Assembly (NCBI GenBank): GCA_964364285.1
Contig: CAYIKZ010000001.1
Location: 17,237-81,236, forward strand
Direction of reading: 5' to 3'
Length of the DNA: 64,000 nt
DNA from: an uncultured Candidatus Saccharibacteria bacterium
GTDB lineage: Bacteria > Patescibacteriota > Doudnabacteria > UBA920 > VMFF01
This document shows, in pieces, positions 29,417 to 39,277 of this stretch. The notes under the pieces were generated by a model that made no database searches, was not told the DNA's origin, and saw nothing but the letters and a program-made list of their open reading frames with translations. Within the stretch, counting starts at the first letter, position 1. Each line of letters begins with the position of its first letter. The translations under genes and the position numbers were made by a program.

Positions 29417-30268
29417 ATGCAAAAATTAACAACACAACAACTTCAACTAAAAGCGAATGATATACGACAAGATATCATTGAAATGCTTTTAGAAGCTAAA
29501 TCCGGACATTCAGCCGGGCCTTTAGGTATGGCAGATGTTTTTGCAACCCTGTATTTTAATATTCTAAGACATGACCCGGAAAATCCAGGTTGGGTTGATA
29601 GGGACAAGCTTGTTTTGTCTTGCGGACACATTTGTCCTGTGTTTTACGCAACCCTTGCAGAAGCTGGATATTTTCCAAAAGAAGAACTTAAAACTCTTAG
29701 AAAACTTGGTACCAGATTACATGGCCATCCCCATAATTTAGCTCTTCCTGGAATTGAAAATTCTTCAGGTCCATTAGGACAAGGACTGTCTCAAGCAGTT
29801 GGTATGGCGCTAGCTTCTCGTATGGATAGAACAACAGGAAGAATCTATGCAATCTGCAGTGATGGTGAACAAGATGAAGGACAGGTTTGGGAAGCTTTGA
29901 TGTTTGCTGGAAAAAATCGTTTGCATAACCTCACTGTCATTCTAGATCGCAATAACATTCAAATAGATGGGTACACTGAAGATGTTATGCCCCTAGAACC
30001 GTTGAAGGATAAATACGAGGCTTTTAATTTTCATGTAATTGAAGTAGATGGACATAACTATCAGCAGATCATTGATGCTTGCAATGAAGCAAAAGCAATC
30101 TATGAAAAACCAACTATGATAATAGCGCATACAATTCCTGGAAAAGGTGTTGGCTTCATGGAATATGATTACAAATGGCATGGTACGCCACCAAACAAAG
30201 AACAAGGACTAAAGGCCTTAAATGATCTACGAACATTAAGAGGCATGATTCAAGGAGAACACCAATAA
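29417..30268 (+). CDS. transketolase, N-terminal (TPP pyrophosphate-binding) subunit
   Basis: SGHSAGPLGMADVFATLYF and GDGE.EG motifs. Split-type tkt. Confidence 0.88.
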   Translation: MQKLTTQQLQLKANDIRQDIIEMLLEAKSGHSAGPLGMADVFATLYFNILRHDPENPGWVDRDKLVLSCGHICPVFYATLAEAGYFPKEELKTLRKLGTRLHGHPHNLALPGIENSSGPLGQGLSQAVGMALASRMDRTTGRIYAICSDGEQDEGQVWEALMFAGKNRLHNLTVILDRNNIQIDGYTEDVMPLEPLKDKYEAFNFHVIEVDGHNYQQIIDACNEAKAIYEKPTMIIAHTIPGKGVGFMEYDYKWHGTPPNKEQGLKALNDLRTLRGMIQGEHQ

Positions 30269-31272
30269 TGCCGGAAATTAATTTAGAACCTATAAAGATT
30301 TCTGAAAAAATTGGAGCAGAAGATATAGAACAAAAAGCAACCAGAGACGGATATGGTGATGCTTTGGTTGAACTTGGTGAAAAGAACCCAAACGTTGTTG
30401 TTCTTACAGGGGATCTTTCAGAATCTACAAGAGCTCAGGCTTTCCAAAAGAAATTCCCGGAAAGATTTTTTGATGTTGGAGTTGCTGAACAAAACATGAT
30501 GGGTATTGCAGCAGGTCTTGCACTTGCTGGAAAAATTCCTTTTGTTTCTTCGTATGCAACATTTTCTCCTGGAAGAAACTGGGACCAGCTAAGAGTTAGT
30601 GTTGCTTATAGCCAAGCGAACGTAAAAATTGCGGGAGCACACACAGGTGTTTCTGTTGGTCCTGATGGCGCAACGCACCAGTCTTTGGAAGATATTGCTC
30701 TGACTAGGGTTTTGCCAGGGCTTGTTGTCATAGTTCCTTGTGACTATCTTCAAACAAAACAAGCAACCCTAGCTGCGGCAGCTTACAAAGGACCAGTATA
30801 CTTTAGATTTACAAGAGAAAAATCACCAATCATTACTTCTCCTGAAACTGGATTTGAGATTGGGAAAGCACAAGTTATGCGAGATGGTAAAGACGTTGTC
30901 GTCATTGGCTGTGGTCCTGTTTTGTACAACGCATTTCTTGCAGCGAAAGATTTAGAAAAACAAGGTATTAGTGTCATGATTGTTAACAACCATACCATAA
31001 AGCCGATTGATAACGATACAATTATCGCGGCAGCGAAAAAATGTGGCGCAGTAGTCACTTTAGAGGAACATCAAATTAGCGCAGGTGCTGGTAGTGCAGT
31101 TTGTGAAGTGCTTGCGAAAAACTATCCTGTTCCTGTTGAAATGGTTGGTATGCCTGATTCTTTCGGAGAAAGCGGTCAACCAGAAGAACTAATCAAAAAG
31201 TTTGGCATGGATTCAGAAGCTATTAAAAAAGCAATTCAAAAAGTAATACAAAGAAAGGTGAAAAATGGTTAA
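30268..31272 (+). CDS. transketolase, C-terminal (pyrimidine-binding) subunit
   Basis: Pyr and TKC domains. ATGA overlap with the N-terminal subunit gene. Confidence 0.88.
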   Translation: MPEINLEPIKISEKIGAEDIEQKATRDGYGDALVELGEKNPNVVVLTGDLSESTRAQAFQKKFPERFFDVGVAEQNMMGIAAGLALAGKIPFVSSYATFSPGRNWDQLRVSVAYSQANVKIAGAHTGVSVGPDGATHQSLEDIALTRVLPGLVVIVPCDYLQTKQATLAAAAYKGPVYFRFTREKSPIITSPETGFEIGKAQVMRDGKDVVVIGCGPVLYNAFLAAKDLEKQGISVMIVNNHTIKPIDNDTIIAAAKKCGAVVTLEEHQISAGAGSAVCEVLAKNYPVPVEMVGMPDSFGESGQPEELIKKFGMDSEAIKKAIQKVIQRKVKNG

Positions 31273-32257
31273 AGCTAAAAAAATAAAGTTTGATATTGTT
31301 TCAATAGGGGATTGTACCATTGATGCGTTTTTACATATTGAAGAAGCAGAAGTACATAATACAAAAAAAGGAAAGAAGCTAAGCTTTAGTTATGGCGACA
31401 AAATTCCTTACGAGAGTTTAACAATACTCTCAGCAGGTAATTGCAATAATATTGCGGTTGGTTCTTCTCGTTTGGGTTTGAAAGCAGGATATTATGGTAC
31501 AGTTGGCGGAGATCATAACTCACATGTCATTTTAAACAAACTTCAGAAAGAGGGTGTTAGTAGAGATTTGATGAGTATACAAAAACATGCTCAAACAAAT
31601 TTTCATGTTGTTCTTTGGTACAAAAAAGACAGAACAATACTCATAAAGCACCAGCCATACACATACCATCTTCCTTCTGGAATTAATTCAACAAATTGGG
31701 TATATCTTTCAACAGTTGGTCCAAGAGGATTAAAGCTACACACGGAAATTGTTGATTTTCTTAAAAAGAATCCAAACATCAAAATGGCTTTCAATCCAGG
31801 AACATATCAGTTGCGATTGGGCCTTTCTAAATTAAAACCTCTTTTCAAACACACAGAAATCCTTTTTGTTAACAAAGAAGAGGCTCAACTTTTAGTTGAT
31901 GGAAAAACAGATGATTTTAGAGAGCTTGCTAACAGACTGCATAAACATGGGCCTAAAACTGTTGTCATAACAAACGGGTTAAAAGGTTCTTACTGTCTCC
32001 ACGGCAATGCTTTCTACTACATGGGTATATATCCTCACACGCCATTTGAAGCGACAGGTTGTGGAGATGCGTATGCTGTTGGTTTTACATCAGCAAGAGT
32101 TCACGGACTTTCAGTACCTGAGAGTTTGCGTTGGGGCTCTAGAAACGGCGCTTCTGTAGCAACCAAGATTGGTCCTCAAGAAGGATTAGTTAAATTCTCT
32201 CAGATGCAAAAAGATTTGAAATCACACAAAAGCTTTCAAGCAAAAATAATTAAATAA
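31265..32257 (+). CDS. PfkB-family carbohydrate kinase (ribokinase-like)
   Basis: GG motif region and C-terminal ATGCGDAYAVGF (DTxGAGD-like) motif. Confidence 0.65.
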   Translation: MVKAKKIKFDIVSIGDCTIDAFLHIEEAEVHNTKKGKKLSFSYGDKIPYESLTILSAGNCNNIAVGSSRLGLKAGYYGTVGGDHNSHVILNKLQKEGVSRDLMSIQKHAQTNFHVVLWYKKDRTILIKHQPYTYHLPSGINSTNWVYLSTVGPRGLKLHTEIVDFLKKNPNIKMAFNPGTYQLRLGLSKLKPLFKHTEILFVNKEEAQLLVDGKTDDFRELANRLHKHGPKTVVITNGLKGSYCLHGNAFYYMGIYPHTPFEATGCGDAYAVGFTSARVHGLSVPESLRWGSRNGASVATKIGPQEGLVKFSQMQKDLKSHKSFQAKIIK

Positions 32258-32265
32258 CAAACAAA

Positions 32266-33288
32266 ATGGAGAAAATAAACGTTGCGATAAATGGATTTGG
32301 TAGAATCGGAAGACAGGCTTTTAAAATTGCTTTAGAAAAAAAAGAGATAGAGATTGTTGCGATAAATGATTTAACCAGTCCAGAAGTTTTGGCGCACCTT
32401 TTAAAATATGATAGCAACTACGGTATTTATAGCAAGGATGTGAGTTTTGATGAAAAACATATTATTGTTGATGGAAAAAAGATTCTTGTTCTTTCAGAAA
32501 AAGATCCAAGCATGCTTCCATGGAAAAAAATGAAAGTTGATGTTGTCATAGAATCAACAGGAAGATTTAACAGCGCAGAAACAGCGGGCGCACATATAAA
32601 AGTAGGAGCAAAAAAAGTTGTCATCTCAAGTCCTGCAAAAGATGAAGGTGAAACAAAGACCTTTGTTCTTTCAGTTAATGACAAAGACTACAATGGTGAA
32701 CCAATAATCTCAAATGCTTCTTGCACAACAAACTGTATTACTCCGGTTGCTCAGATTCTAGAAGACAAGTTTGGGATTAAGAAAATAATGATGACAACAA
32801 TTCATTCATACACAGCAGAACAAAACCTTGTTGATGGTCCTCCTCCTGGTGGACACTCGACAGATCTTCGAAGAGCAAGAGCAGCAGCACAAAACATTGT
32901 TCCAACTTCAACAGGAGCAACCATTGCAGCAACAGAAGCAATTCCAAACCTTAAAGGACTATTCCACGGTCTTTCAATACGTGTTCCAACAGCTGTTGGG
33001 TCTCTTTCAGACTTCGTTGCTTTACTAGAGAAAAAAACAACCAAAGAAGAGTTAAACCAAACCTTTATAGATGCTTCTAAAACAAGCCGTTTTAAAGGCA
33101 TTTTAAGCGTCTCTAATGCGCCTTTGGTCTCTTCTGACATAGTTGGCAATCCAAGCTCTGCAATCGTAGATTTAGGTCTTACAGAGGTCATTGATGGGGA
33201 CTTTGTGAAGGTTGTTGCTTGGTATGACAATGAATTCGGGTATTCCAACCGTTTAGTTGAAGAAGTGATCATGGTTGCGGGGAAATAA
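32266..33288 (+). CDS. gap: glyceraldehyde-3-phosphate dehydrogenase
   Basis: INGFGRIGR and SCTTNC motifs. Confidence 0.95.
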   Translation: MEKINVAINGFGRIGRQAFKIALEKKEIEIVAINDLTSPEVLAHLLKYDSNYGIYSKDVSFDEKHIIVDGKKILVLSEKDPSMLPWKKMKVDVVIESTGRFNSAETAGAHIKVGAKKVVISSPAKDEGETKTFVLSVNDKDYNGEPIISNASCTTNCITPVAQILEDKFGIKKIMMTTIHSYTAEQNLVDGPPPGGHSTDLRRARAAAQNIVPTSTGATIAATEAIPNLKGLFHGLSIRVPTAVGSLSDFVALLEKKTTKEELNQTFIDASKTSRFKGILSVSNAPLVSSDIVGNPSSAIVDLGLTEVIDGDFVKVVAWYDNEFGYSNRLVEEVIMVAGK

Positions 33289-33292
33289 CGGG

Positions 33293-34504
33293 ATGAAGTT
33301 TTTAAGCTCCCAACAGAATCTTTCGAGGAAAACCGTGCTTTTGCGGGCTGATTTAGATGCGCCCAGAGAAGGAAACAAAGTCCTTGATGATTCAAGAATT
33401 AAAGCATCTGTATCAACGATTAAGTATCTAACAGATCAGGGAGCAAAGATAGTTGTTGTTTCAAAAAACGGAAGACCAGAAGGTTGGCAAGAAGAATACA
33501 CTTTAAAACCAATCGCAGAATATCTTGCAAAGCTACTTTCTAAAAACTTTGTTTCTACAAAAGAATATTCAGATCAGTATTTTAATGAAGTAGTTTTTTT
33601 TGAAGGGGATATAATCAAAGATGGAGCTGTTGATATTGTTAAAAGACTTTCTCAAAAAAACATTGTCATTCTAGAAAACATTCGTTTCTACAAACAAGAG
33701 GAAGAACCAAGTCCAGTGTTTGCAAAATATCTTTCAAGTTTAGGAGAAATATTTGTTAACGATGCTTTTGCAATGATGCACAGAAACGAAGCATCTGTTT
33801 CACTCATCCCCAAATATTTACCAAGTTTTGCCGGTTTAAATGTTGAAAAAGAATTGAATGCTCTAAACAAACTTTTAACGCTAAAAGCAAATCCATTTAC
33901 TGTAATTATTGGTGGAGCAAAGATTTCCGACAAAATTGGTGCCATAAAAAATCTGGGGAAGAGAGCAGAGCATATTCTTGTTGGCGGTGGTCCTGCAAAT
34001 CTTTTTTTCTTAACCCAAGGTTTTGAAATTGGAGGATCTCTTTGTGAAAAAGAAGAGATTGATGTTGCAAAAGATTTAATGCGCAATTACAAGCAAAAAC
34101 TTGTTTTGCCTGTTGATGTTGTTGTTGCAAAATCAAAGGATCACAGTCAAGCACGAGTTTGTAAACCAGAACAAGTTTCAAAAGATGAAGCAATTTTAGA
34201 TATTGGACCACAAACAACTCTGCTTTTTTCAAAGATTGTTAAAGAGTCAAAAAAAATGGTTTGGAATGGACCAATGGGTTTGTTTGAAGAAAAGCAATTT
34301 TCGCACGGGACAATGAGTCTTGCCTTGATATTCGCTGCCCGCTGCAATGGTTATGCATATGGAGTTGTTGGTGGTGGTGATACACTAGATGCATTAAACA
34401 AAGCGAAAGTTTTAGACCAGATTGATTTTGTTTCAACAGCAGGGGGCGCAACATTAGATTTCCTGGCAGGTGAAAATCTTCCTGGATTGAAAGCGTTAGA
34501 ATAA
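33293..34504 (+). CDS. pgk: phosphoglycerate kinase
   Basis: PGK family (VLLRADLDAP, GGGDT-like). Confidence 0.92.
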   Translation: MKFLSSQQNLSRKTVLLRADLDAPREGNKVLDDSRIKASVSTIKYLTDQGAKIVVVSKNGRPEGWQEEYTLKPIAEYLAKLLSKNFVSTKEYSDQYFNEVVFFEGDIIKDGAVDIVKRLSQKNIVILENIRFYKQEEEPSPVFAKYLSSLGEIFVNDAFAMMHRNEASVSLIPKYLPSFAGLNVEKELNALNKLLTLKANPFTVIIGGAKISDKIGAIKNLGKRAEHILVGGGPANLFFLTQGFEIGGSLCEKEEIDVAKDLMRNYKQKLVLPVDVVVAKSKDHSQARVCKPEQVSKDEAILDIGPQTTLLFSKIVKESKKMVWNGPMGLFEEKQFSHGTMSLALIFAARCNGYAYGVVGGGDTLDALNKAKVLDQIDFVSTAGGATLDFLAGENLPGLKALE

Positions 34505-34512
34505 CGGAACAT

Positions 34513-36147
34513 ATGGAAATACCTCATTACAAAAAAATAGTTCTTCTGGTGTTGGATGGTTTTGGTGTTGCTTCTAAATCAAGAGGAAATGCCATTTCTC
34601 AAGCAAACCCAGCGCACTTAAACAACCTACTCGCAAATTATCCAGCAATAACCTTACAGGCATCAGGACCTTTGGTTGGTTTGCCTTGGGGTGAAATGGG
34701 GAACTCAGAGGTTGGACATTTAAATATCGGAGCAGGAAGAATCGTTGCTCAAGACTTGCCTCGTATTACAGCAAGCATTCAAAGTGGAGAGTTTTTTAAA
34801 AATCCAGTGTTCTCAAAAGCATGCGAGCATGTTAAGAAAAACAACTCAAAATTGCATCTTCTTGGAATGGTCAGCCCAGGTGGAGTTCATAGTTATGACG
34901 AACACCTTTATGCGCTGCTTGGTTTAGCCGCAGAGCAGGGTATTCAAAACACATATATTCACATGATTACAGATGGAAGAGACACAGAACAAAAAGTTGC
35001 TCTAGCAAGTCTTGAAAAGCTACATAACAAAGTTGCTCAGATTGGTGTTGGAAAAATTGCGACAATTTGTGGAAGATTCTATGCAATGGACAGAGGCGGG
35101 CATTGGCAGCAAACAGAAATGGCATATCAAGCAATGGTAAATGGTGTGGGAGAGAAATCAATCAGTCCAATGGAAGCAGTAGCTACAAATTATGTTAAAG
35201 GTATATTTGATGAAATGATTAAACCAACCATCATCACAGAAGGTGATAGACCTGTTGCGAAAATTGAAAATAATGATGCTGTAATATTCTTTAACTTTAG
35301 ACAAGACCGTGCAATGCAGTTAACAGTTGCTTTTGTTGCTCCTGAAAAAATGGAGATACCACAAAAACATCAACCTTTAGAAAACCTTTGCTTTGTAACA
35401 ATGACCTCATATATGCCGGATCTGAAAGCAGATGTTGCTTATGGACCAATTGAGATTGACAATGACATTGCAAGCTTAATTTCTAAAGCAGGATTAAAAC
35501 AATTCCATGCTGCAGAGAGCGAAAAGTTTGCACACGTCACATCGTTTTTCAATGGTGGAAAAATGGATCCTCTTCCAGGAGAAGAGAGAAGTATAATTTC
35601 AAGCCCTGATAACACAAGCAACTATTCAGATAGACCAGAAATGTCTGTTGCAAAACTTACTGACACCTTAGTAGATCGTATAAATCACGGGGATGATAGT
35701 TTTTATGTCGTGAACTTTGCTAATGCGGATATGGTAGGACACACTGGAAACTTAAACTCAGCAATCGACGCTATTAAAGCAATTGATGAAGAGATTGGTA
35801 AAATTGCGGCCGCAATTTTACCACTGCAAGGAGCTTTGATAATCACAGCAGATCATGGCAATGCTGAATTGATGATAAATAACAACACAGGGGAGATAAA
35901 TAAGGACCACACAACATCCCCAGTCCCCTTTGTTTTGATTGCTAATGAATTTAAAAGATCAAAACCAGAGCAGATAGACTACGACACGCTCGCTGGTCTT
36001 ATGCCAGAAGGAGCGCTTTCAGATATTGCACCAACGATTCTTGAACTCTTTGGAATACCAAAACCAGAACAGATGACAGGAATTAGCTTGATTCCTGTTT
36101 TAGAAGAAGAGATTTTGAAAAAAGTTAGTAACATGTTAGGGAGTTAA
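34513..36147 (+). CDS. gpmI: 2,3-bisphosphoglycerate-independent phosphoglycerate mutase
   Basis: iPGM motifs (LVLDGFG, SEVGHLNIGAGR, ITADHGN). Confidence 0.92.
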   Translation: MEIPHYKKIVLLVLDGFGVASKSRGNAISQANPAHLNNLLANYPAITLQASGPLVGLPWGEMGNSEVGHLNIGAGRIVAQDLPRITASIQSGEFFKNPVFSKACEHVKKNNSKLHLLGMVSPGGVHSYDEHLYALLGLAAEQGIQNTYIHMITDGRDTEQKVALASLEKLHNKVAQIGVGKIATICGRFYAMDRGGHWQQTEMAYQAMVNGVGEKSISPMEAVATNYVKGIFDEMIKPTIITEGDRPVAKIENNDAVIFFNFRQDRAMQLTVAFVAPEKMEIPQKHQPLENLCFVTMTSYMPDLKADVAYGPIEIDNDIASLISKAGLKQFHAAESEKFAHVTSFFNGGKMDPLPGEERSIISSPDNTSNYSDRPEMSVAKLTDTLVDRINHGDDSFYVVNFANADMVGHTGNLNSAIDAIKAIDEEIGKIAAAILPLQGALIITADHGNAELMINNNTGEINKDHTTSPVPFVLIANEFKRSKPEQIDYDTLAGLMPEGALSDIAPTILELFGIPKPEQMTGISLIPVLEEEILKKVSNMLGS

Positions 36148-36255
36148 GCTGGGCTCATGGTTTTAGGTATAGATTTATGTCTATGCTTGGAACTCTTAGC
36201 TCACAGAGAGCAGAGTATTTCGGTTTAGACTCGGCAACCTTGAGGAGGATTTACG

Positions 36256-36846
36256 ATGACACTCGCGGTTTCGTCTGATGTTCCGTCTTCGCACGGGTCA
36301 GTAAAGGTTTGCCATCTTGGACTGGTTCGGCATGAGGCATTGGAGCCAAGGCTTGAAGGACTCACACCGCTTCATGCCGCCGTTCTGGCTGATGCCTGTG
36401 AGGAATACCGAGACGCTTTCGACTTGCTGACGACTCGGTTCCTCGCTGAGCGCATTATCCCAGCGGCGATCGAAGACTGCAAGTTCAAGATCGTTGCTGG
36501 GTCGTCCAATCTGCAGTATGCGGATTTTCCCATCAACGAGCAGTCACTCGACGACGTGGGTCTAGCTCCAAACGGTATTCTCCGTTCGGTTCATCAGATT
36601 CTCGAGGAGTATCCGCTTGAAGCCTTTGCCTCTCCATTGACAGCGTTGCGCTACGCTGCGAGGTACCCAGAAGTTTACATGGTCGCTCCAATCAACGTGC
36701 TGTTCGCGGCCATGGGCAAGCTATGGGGCATGACCTTTCTGAATTGGCAGGGTTTGCACAAGATGATTGTGCGCCAGTTCTTCCTCGAAGCCCGGTTCGC
36801 TACTGGAGAGCGTTTCCTTGTTCTCCGACGTGGTCGTTTGCGCTGA
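36256..36846 (+). CDS. hypothetical protein (196 aa) encoded in GC-rich island C
   Basis: ATG preceded by GAGGAGGA with a 6-nt spacer. About 58% GC. Followed by hairpin terminator CCGCGTTT...AAACGCGG. No recognisable family. Confidence 0.55.
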   Translation: MTLAVSSDVPSSHGSVKVCHLGLVRHEALEPRLEGLTPLHAAVLADACEEYRDAFDLLTTRFLAERIIPAAIEDCKFKIVAGSSNLQYADFPINEQSLDDVGLAPNGILRSVHQILEEYPLEAFASPLTALRYAARYPEVYMVAPINVLFAAMGKLWGMTFLNWQGLHKMIVRQFFLEARFATGERFLVLRRGRLR

Positions 36847-36940
36847 TGTCATCAAGATTCTGGGCCTTGTGCCCGAAGCTGGAGCCGCGTTTTGTTTGTC
36901 GAAACGCGGTTCTGCCTTTTCTAAAAACAATCTTTTGTTA

Positions 36941-36949
36941 TGCTACAAT
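36941..36949 (+). promoter_or_regulatory. extended -10 promoter element for recJ
   Basis: TGcTACAAT 6 nt upstream of the recJ ATG region. Confidence 0.4.
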
Positions 36950-36955
36950 GAAAAT

Positions 36956-38626
36956 ATGAATCGCACTTGGAAACTTAAGAAACAAACAGAAAAAGACCTT
37001 TTTGCCCAGCTTTTAGCAAATCGTGGTATTTTCGGGGAAAAGGAAATATCAGCTTTTTTAAGCCCTGAGTATGATCAGTTAAATGATCCTTTTCTTTTTT
37101 TAGAAATGCGTAAAGCAGTTGACCGTATTTGGAAAGCAATTGAGAAAAAAGAAAAGATCTTGGTGTATAGCGATTATGATGCTGATGCCATAACAGCAAA
37201 CGCGGTTTTGTTTAGAATGTTTGAAGCATTAGGAGTTAATGTAGGAACATATATCCCTGATCGTTTTTCAGAAGGTTATGGTTTAAACTTGGATGCTTTT
37301 GAAAAGATAAAGGAAGGGGGAGTTAGTTTAATAATTACTGTTGACTGCGGAACTAATTCAGTAGAAGAAGCAAAGTTTTGTAAAGCAAACAACATTGATT
37401 TAATAATTACAGATCACCATGAGATAACTGGGGAAGTGCCAGATGCTTTTGCTTTGATTAATTCAAAGAATCCAAAAGAAAAATATCCATACCATGAACT
37501 TGTTGGAGTTGGTGTTGCTTTTAAGCTTGCTTGTGCTGTGCTTTCAGAAAAAGAAAAACACAATCTTACTCCTGGTTGGGAAAAATGGTTGTTAGATTTA
37601 GTAGCTATTGGAACTGTTGCTGATTGTCATTCCTTGATAGGAGAAAACAGGCTTTTGGTTAAGTTTGGTTTAAAGGTTCTTCAAAAAACTAAATGGCTTG
37701 GGTTAAGGCTTTTGTTGCAGTTTGCTGGAATGACTTCTAAAAATTTAGATACATACACCTTAGGGTTTATAATAGCTCCCCGTATTAACGCGGCTGGAAG
37801 AATAGAGCACGCGTCTTCGGCTTTTGATCTTTTGATTGCAAATGAATATTCAGAAGCAGAAGAGGCTGCTAAAAATCTTGAAGCCTTAAATACAAAAAGA
37901 CAAAAGATCACTGAGGTTGTCATTTCTGAAGCTCGTGAGCAATTGCTTTTAGTTTCAGAACGAAAAATATTGCTTGCTTCGGGAGCAAACTGGCCAAAAG
38001 GCGTTGTTGGTTTAGTTGCTGGAAAACTTACTGAAGAATTTGGCAAACCGGTTTTAGTTATGGAGCGTGGACAAACAGAGAGCACAGGTTCTGCAAGAAG
38101 CGTTGCTAACTTTAATATTGTTGAAGCATTGAAATTTTCATCAGAGCACTTAGTTAAGTTTGGAGGACACGCAGCTGCTGCTGGGTTTACGGTTAAAACC
38201 GAACATATTGGCGTGTTTTACAAAAATCTTTTAGATTTTGCGGATCAGAATTTAAATACCGAAGATCTTTCAAAGGAAATTGAGATTGAGGCAGAATTAA
38301 AAGCAGAGGATGTTAATTTAAAGAACGCTGAAATGCTTGAAGCTTTTGAACCCTTTGGTGTTGATAACCCAAAGCCTAAGCTTTTGCTTTCAGACCTTGT
38401 TATTAAAGATCAGAAATTAGTCGGCAAAGAACAGAAACATCTGCAGTTAAGCTTAGTTTCCGAAACCGGAAAACTCTTGAAAGCAATTGCTTTTGGGTTT
38501 GGAAAATCAGCACCTGATTTGCTTCCTGGGCAAAAGATTGATATTGTTTTTGAGATGATAAAGGACGAGTGGAATGGTTTAAGTAATGTTAAATTAAGAA
38601 TAATTGATTACAAAAAAAGAATATGA
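36956..38626 (+). CDS. recJ: single-stranded-DNA-specific exonuclease RecJ
   Basis: DHH motifs (SDYDADAIT, ITDHHE) and DHHA1. Start set at MNRTWKL. The upstream part of ORF 36767.. lies in the GC island and terminator. Confidence 0.85.
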   Translation: MNRTWKLKKQTEKDLFAQLLANRGIFGEKEISAFLSPEYDQLNDPFLFLEMRKAVDRIWKAIEKKEKILVYSDYDADAITANAVLFRMFEALGVNVGTYIPDRFSEGYGLNLDAFEKIKEGGVSLIITVDCGTNSVEEAKFCKANNIDLIITDHHEITGEVPDAFALINSKNPKEKYPYHELVGVGVAFKLACAVLSEKEKHNLTPGWEKWLLDLVAIGTVADCHSLIGENRLLVKFGLKVLQKTKWLGLRLLLQFAGMTSKNLDTYTLGFIIAPRINAAGRIEHASSAFDLLIANEYSEAEEAAKNLEALNTKRQKITEVVISEAREQLLLVSERKILLASGANWPKGVVGLVAGKLTEEFGKPVLVMERGQTESTGSARSVANFNIVEALKFSSEHLVKFGGHAAAAGFTVKTEHIGVFYKNLLDFADQNLNTEDLSKEIEIEAELKAEDVNLKNAEMLEAFEPFGVDNPKPKLLLSDLVIKDQKLVGKEQKHLQLSLVSETGKLLKAIAFGFGKSAPDLLPGQKIDIVFEMIKDEWNGLSNVKLRIIDYKKRI

Positions 38627-39066
38627 ACATCACAGAAGAACCAACCCATTTAGTTATATACACAGATGGTGGAGCCAGAGGTAACCCGGGTCCTGCAGGT
38701 ATTGGCGCTGTTTTTTACTTGGAAGATGAGGCAGGCAAAAGATTAGAGCTTGAAATTCTTAAAGAATACATTGGAGAACAAACTAACAACTTTGCTGAAT
38801 ACACTGCTTTGATAAAGGCGTTACAGCGAGCATCGGAAATTGGTAAGAAAGTTGTCCTCTGCTATTTAGACAGCGAACTCGTTGTTAAACAGTTAAATGG
38901 TTTGTACAAGGTTAGAGAAGAGTCTTTAAAACCATTGGTTTCAGAGATTTTTAAATTGACGCATAAGTTTACGAACGTTAGTTTTACGCACGTTCATAGA
39001 GAGAAAAACGTTTTAGCAGACAAGTTAGTTAATCAAGCTATTGACGAAGCAGTCGGAAAAGTATAA
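38623..39066 (+). CDS. rnhA: ribonuclease HI
   Basis: IYTDGGARGNPGPAGIGAV and DEDD catalytic pattern. Confidence 0.88.
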   Translation: MNITEEPTHLVIYTDGGARGNPGPAGIGAVFYLEDEAGKRLELEILKEYIGEQTNNFAEYTALIKALQRASEIGKKVVLCYLDSELVVKQLNGLYKVREESLKPLVSEIFKLTHKFTNVSFTHVHREKNVLADKLVNQAIDEAVGKV

Positions 39067-39192
39067 TATTATTCCATTATGATTTCTAATCAATTACAAG
39101 CAGTAAATAACGGAATGCCAAAGTTTTGGTATAACTTTACATACTCCAGGGTTGTTTCGCTGCGGTAATTTTCTAATTCCTTTTTAAAAGAT

Positions 39193-39216
39193 TATCCCAG
39201 CGAGCCAACGCTGGGA
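39193..39216 (+). terminator. terminator/attenuator hairpin upstream of the island D gene
   Basis: ATCCCAGCG-AGCCAA-CGCTGGGAT plus T-run (TTTTTGTTTTT). Confidence 0.5.
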
Positions 39217-39277
39217 TTTTTGTTTTTGGTTCGGCGCACTTGGGACGCAATCTCAAGACCCAATTGGAGGATTGACA

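Noticed and set aside
36192-36218. Conserved leader hairpin as a hammerhead or twister-type ribozyme
   Set aside because: The CUGAUGA/GAAA core or other known small-ribozyme consensus is absent. It is treated as an unclassified structural motif.
36767-36955. N-terminal 63 codons of the 619-aa ORF preceding the RecJ Met
   Set aside because: This region covers the island C terminator and the recJ promoter. The conserved RecJ sequence begins at MNRTWKL (36956).
36721-36959. Overlapping ORFs 36721..36930 (-) and 36723..36959 (+) at the island C/recJ junction
   Set aside because: Chance ORFs spanning the terminator hairpin and promoter.
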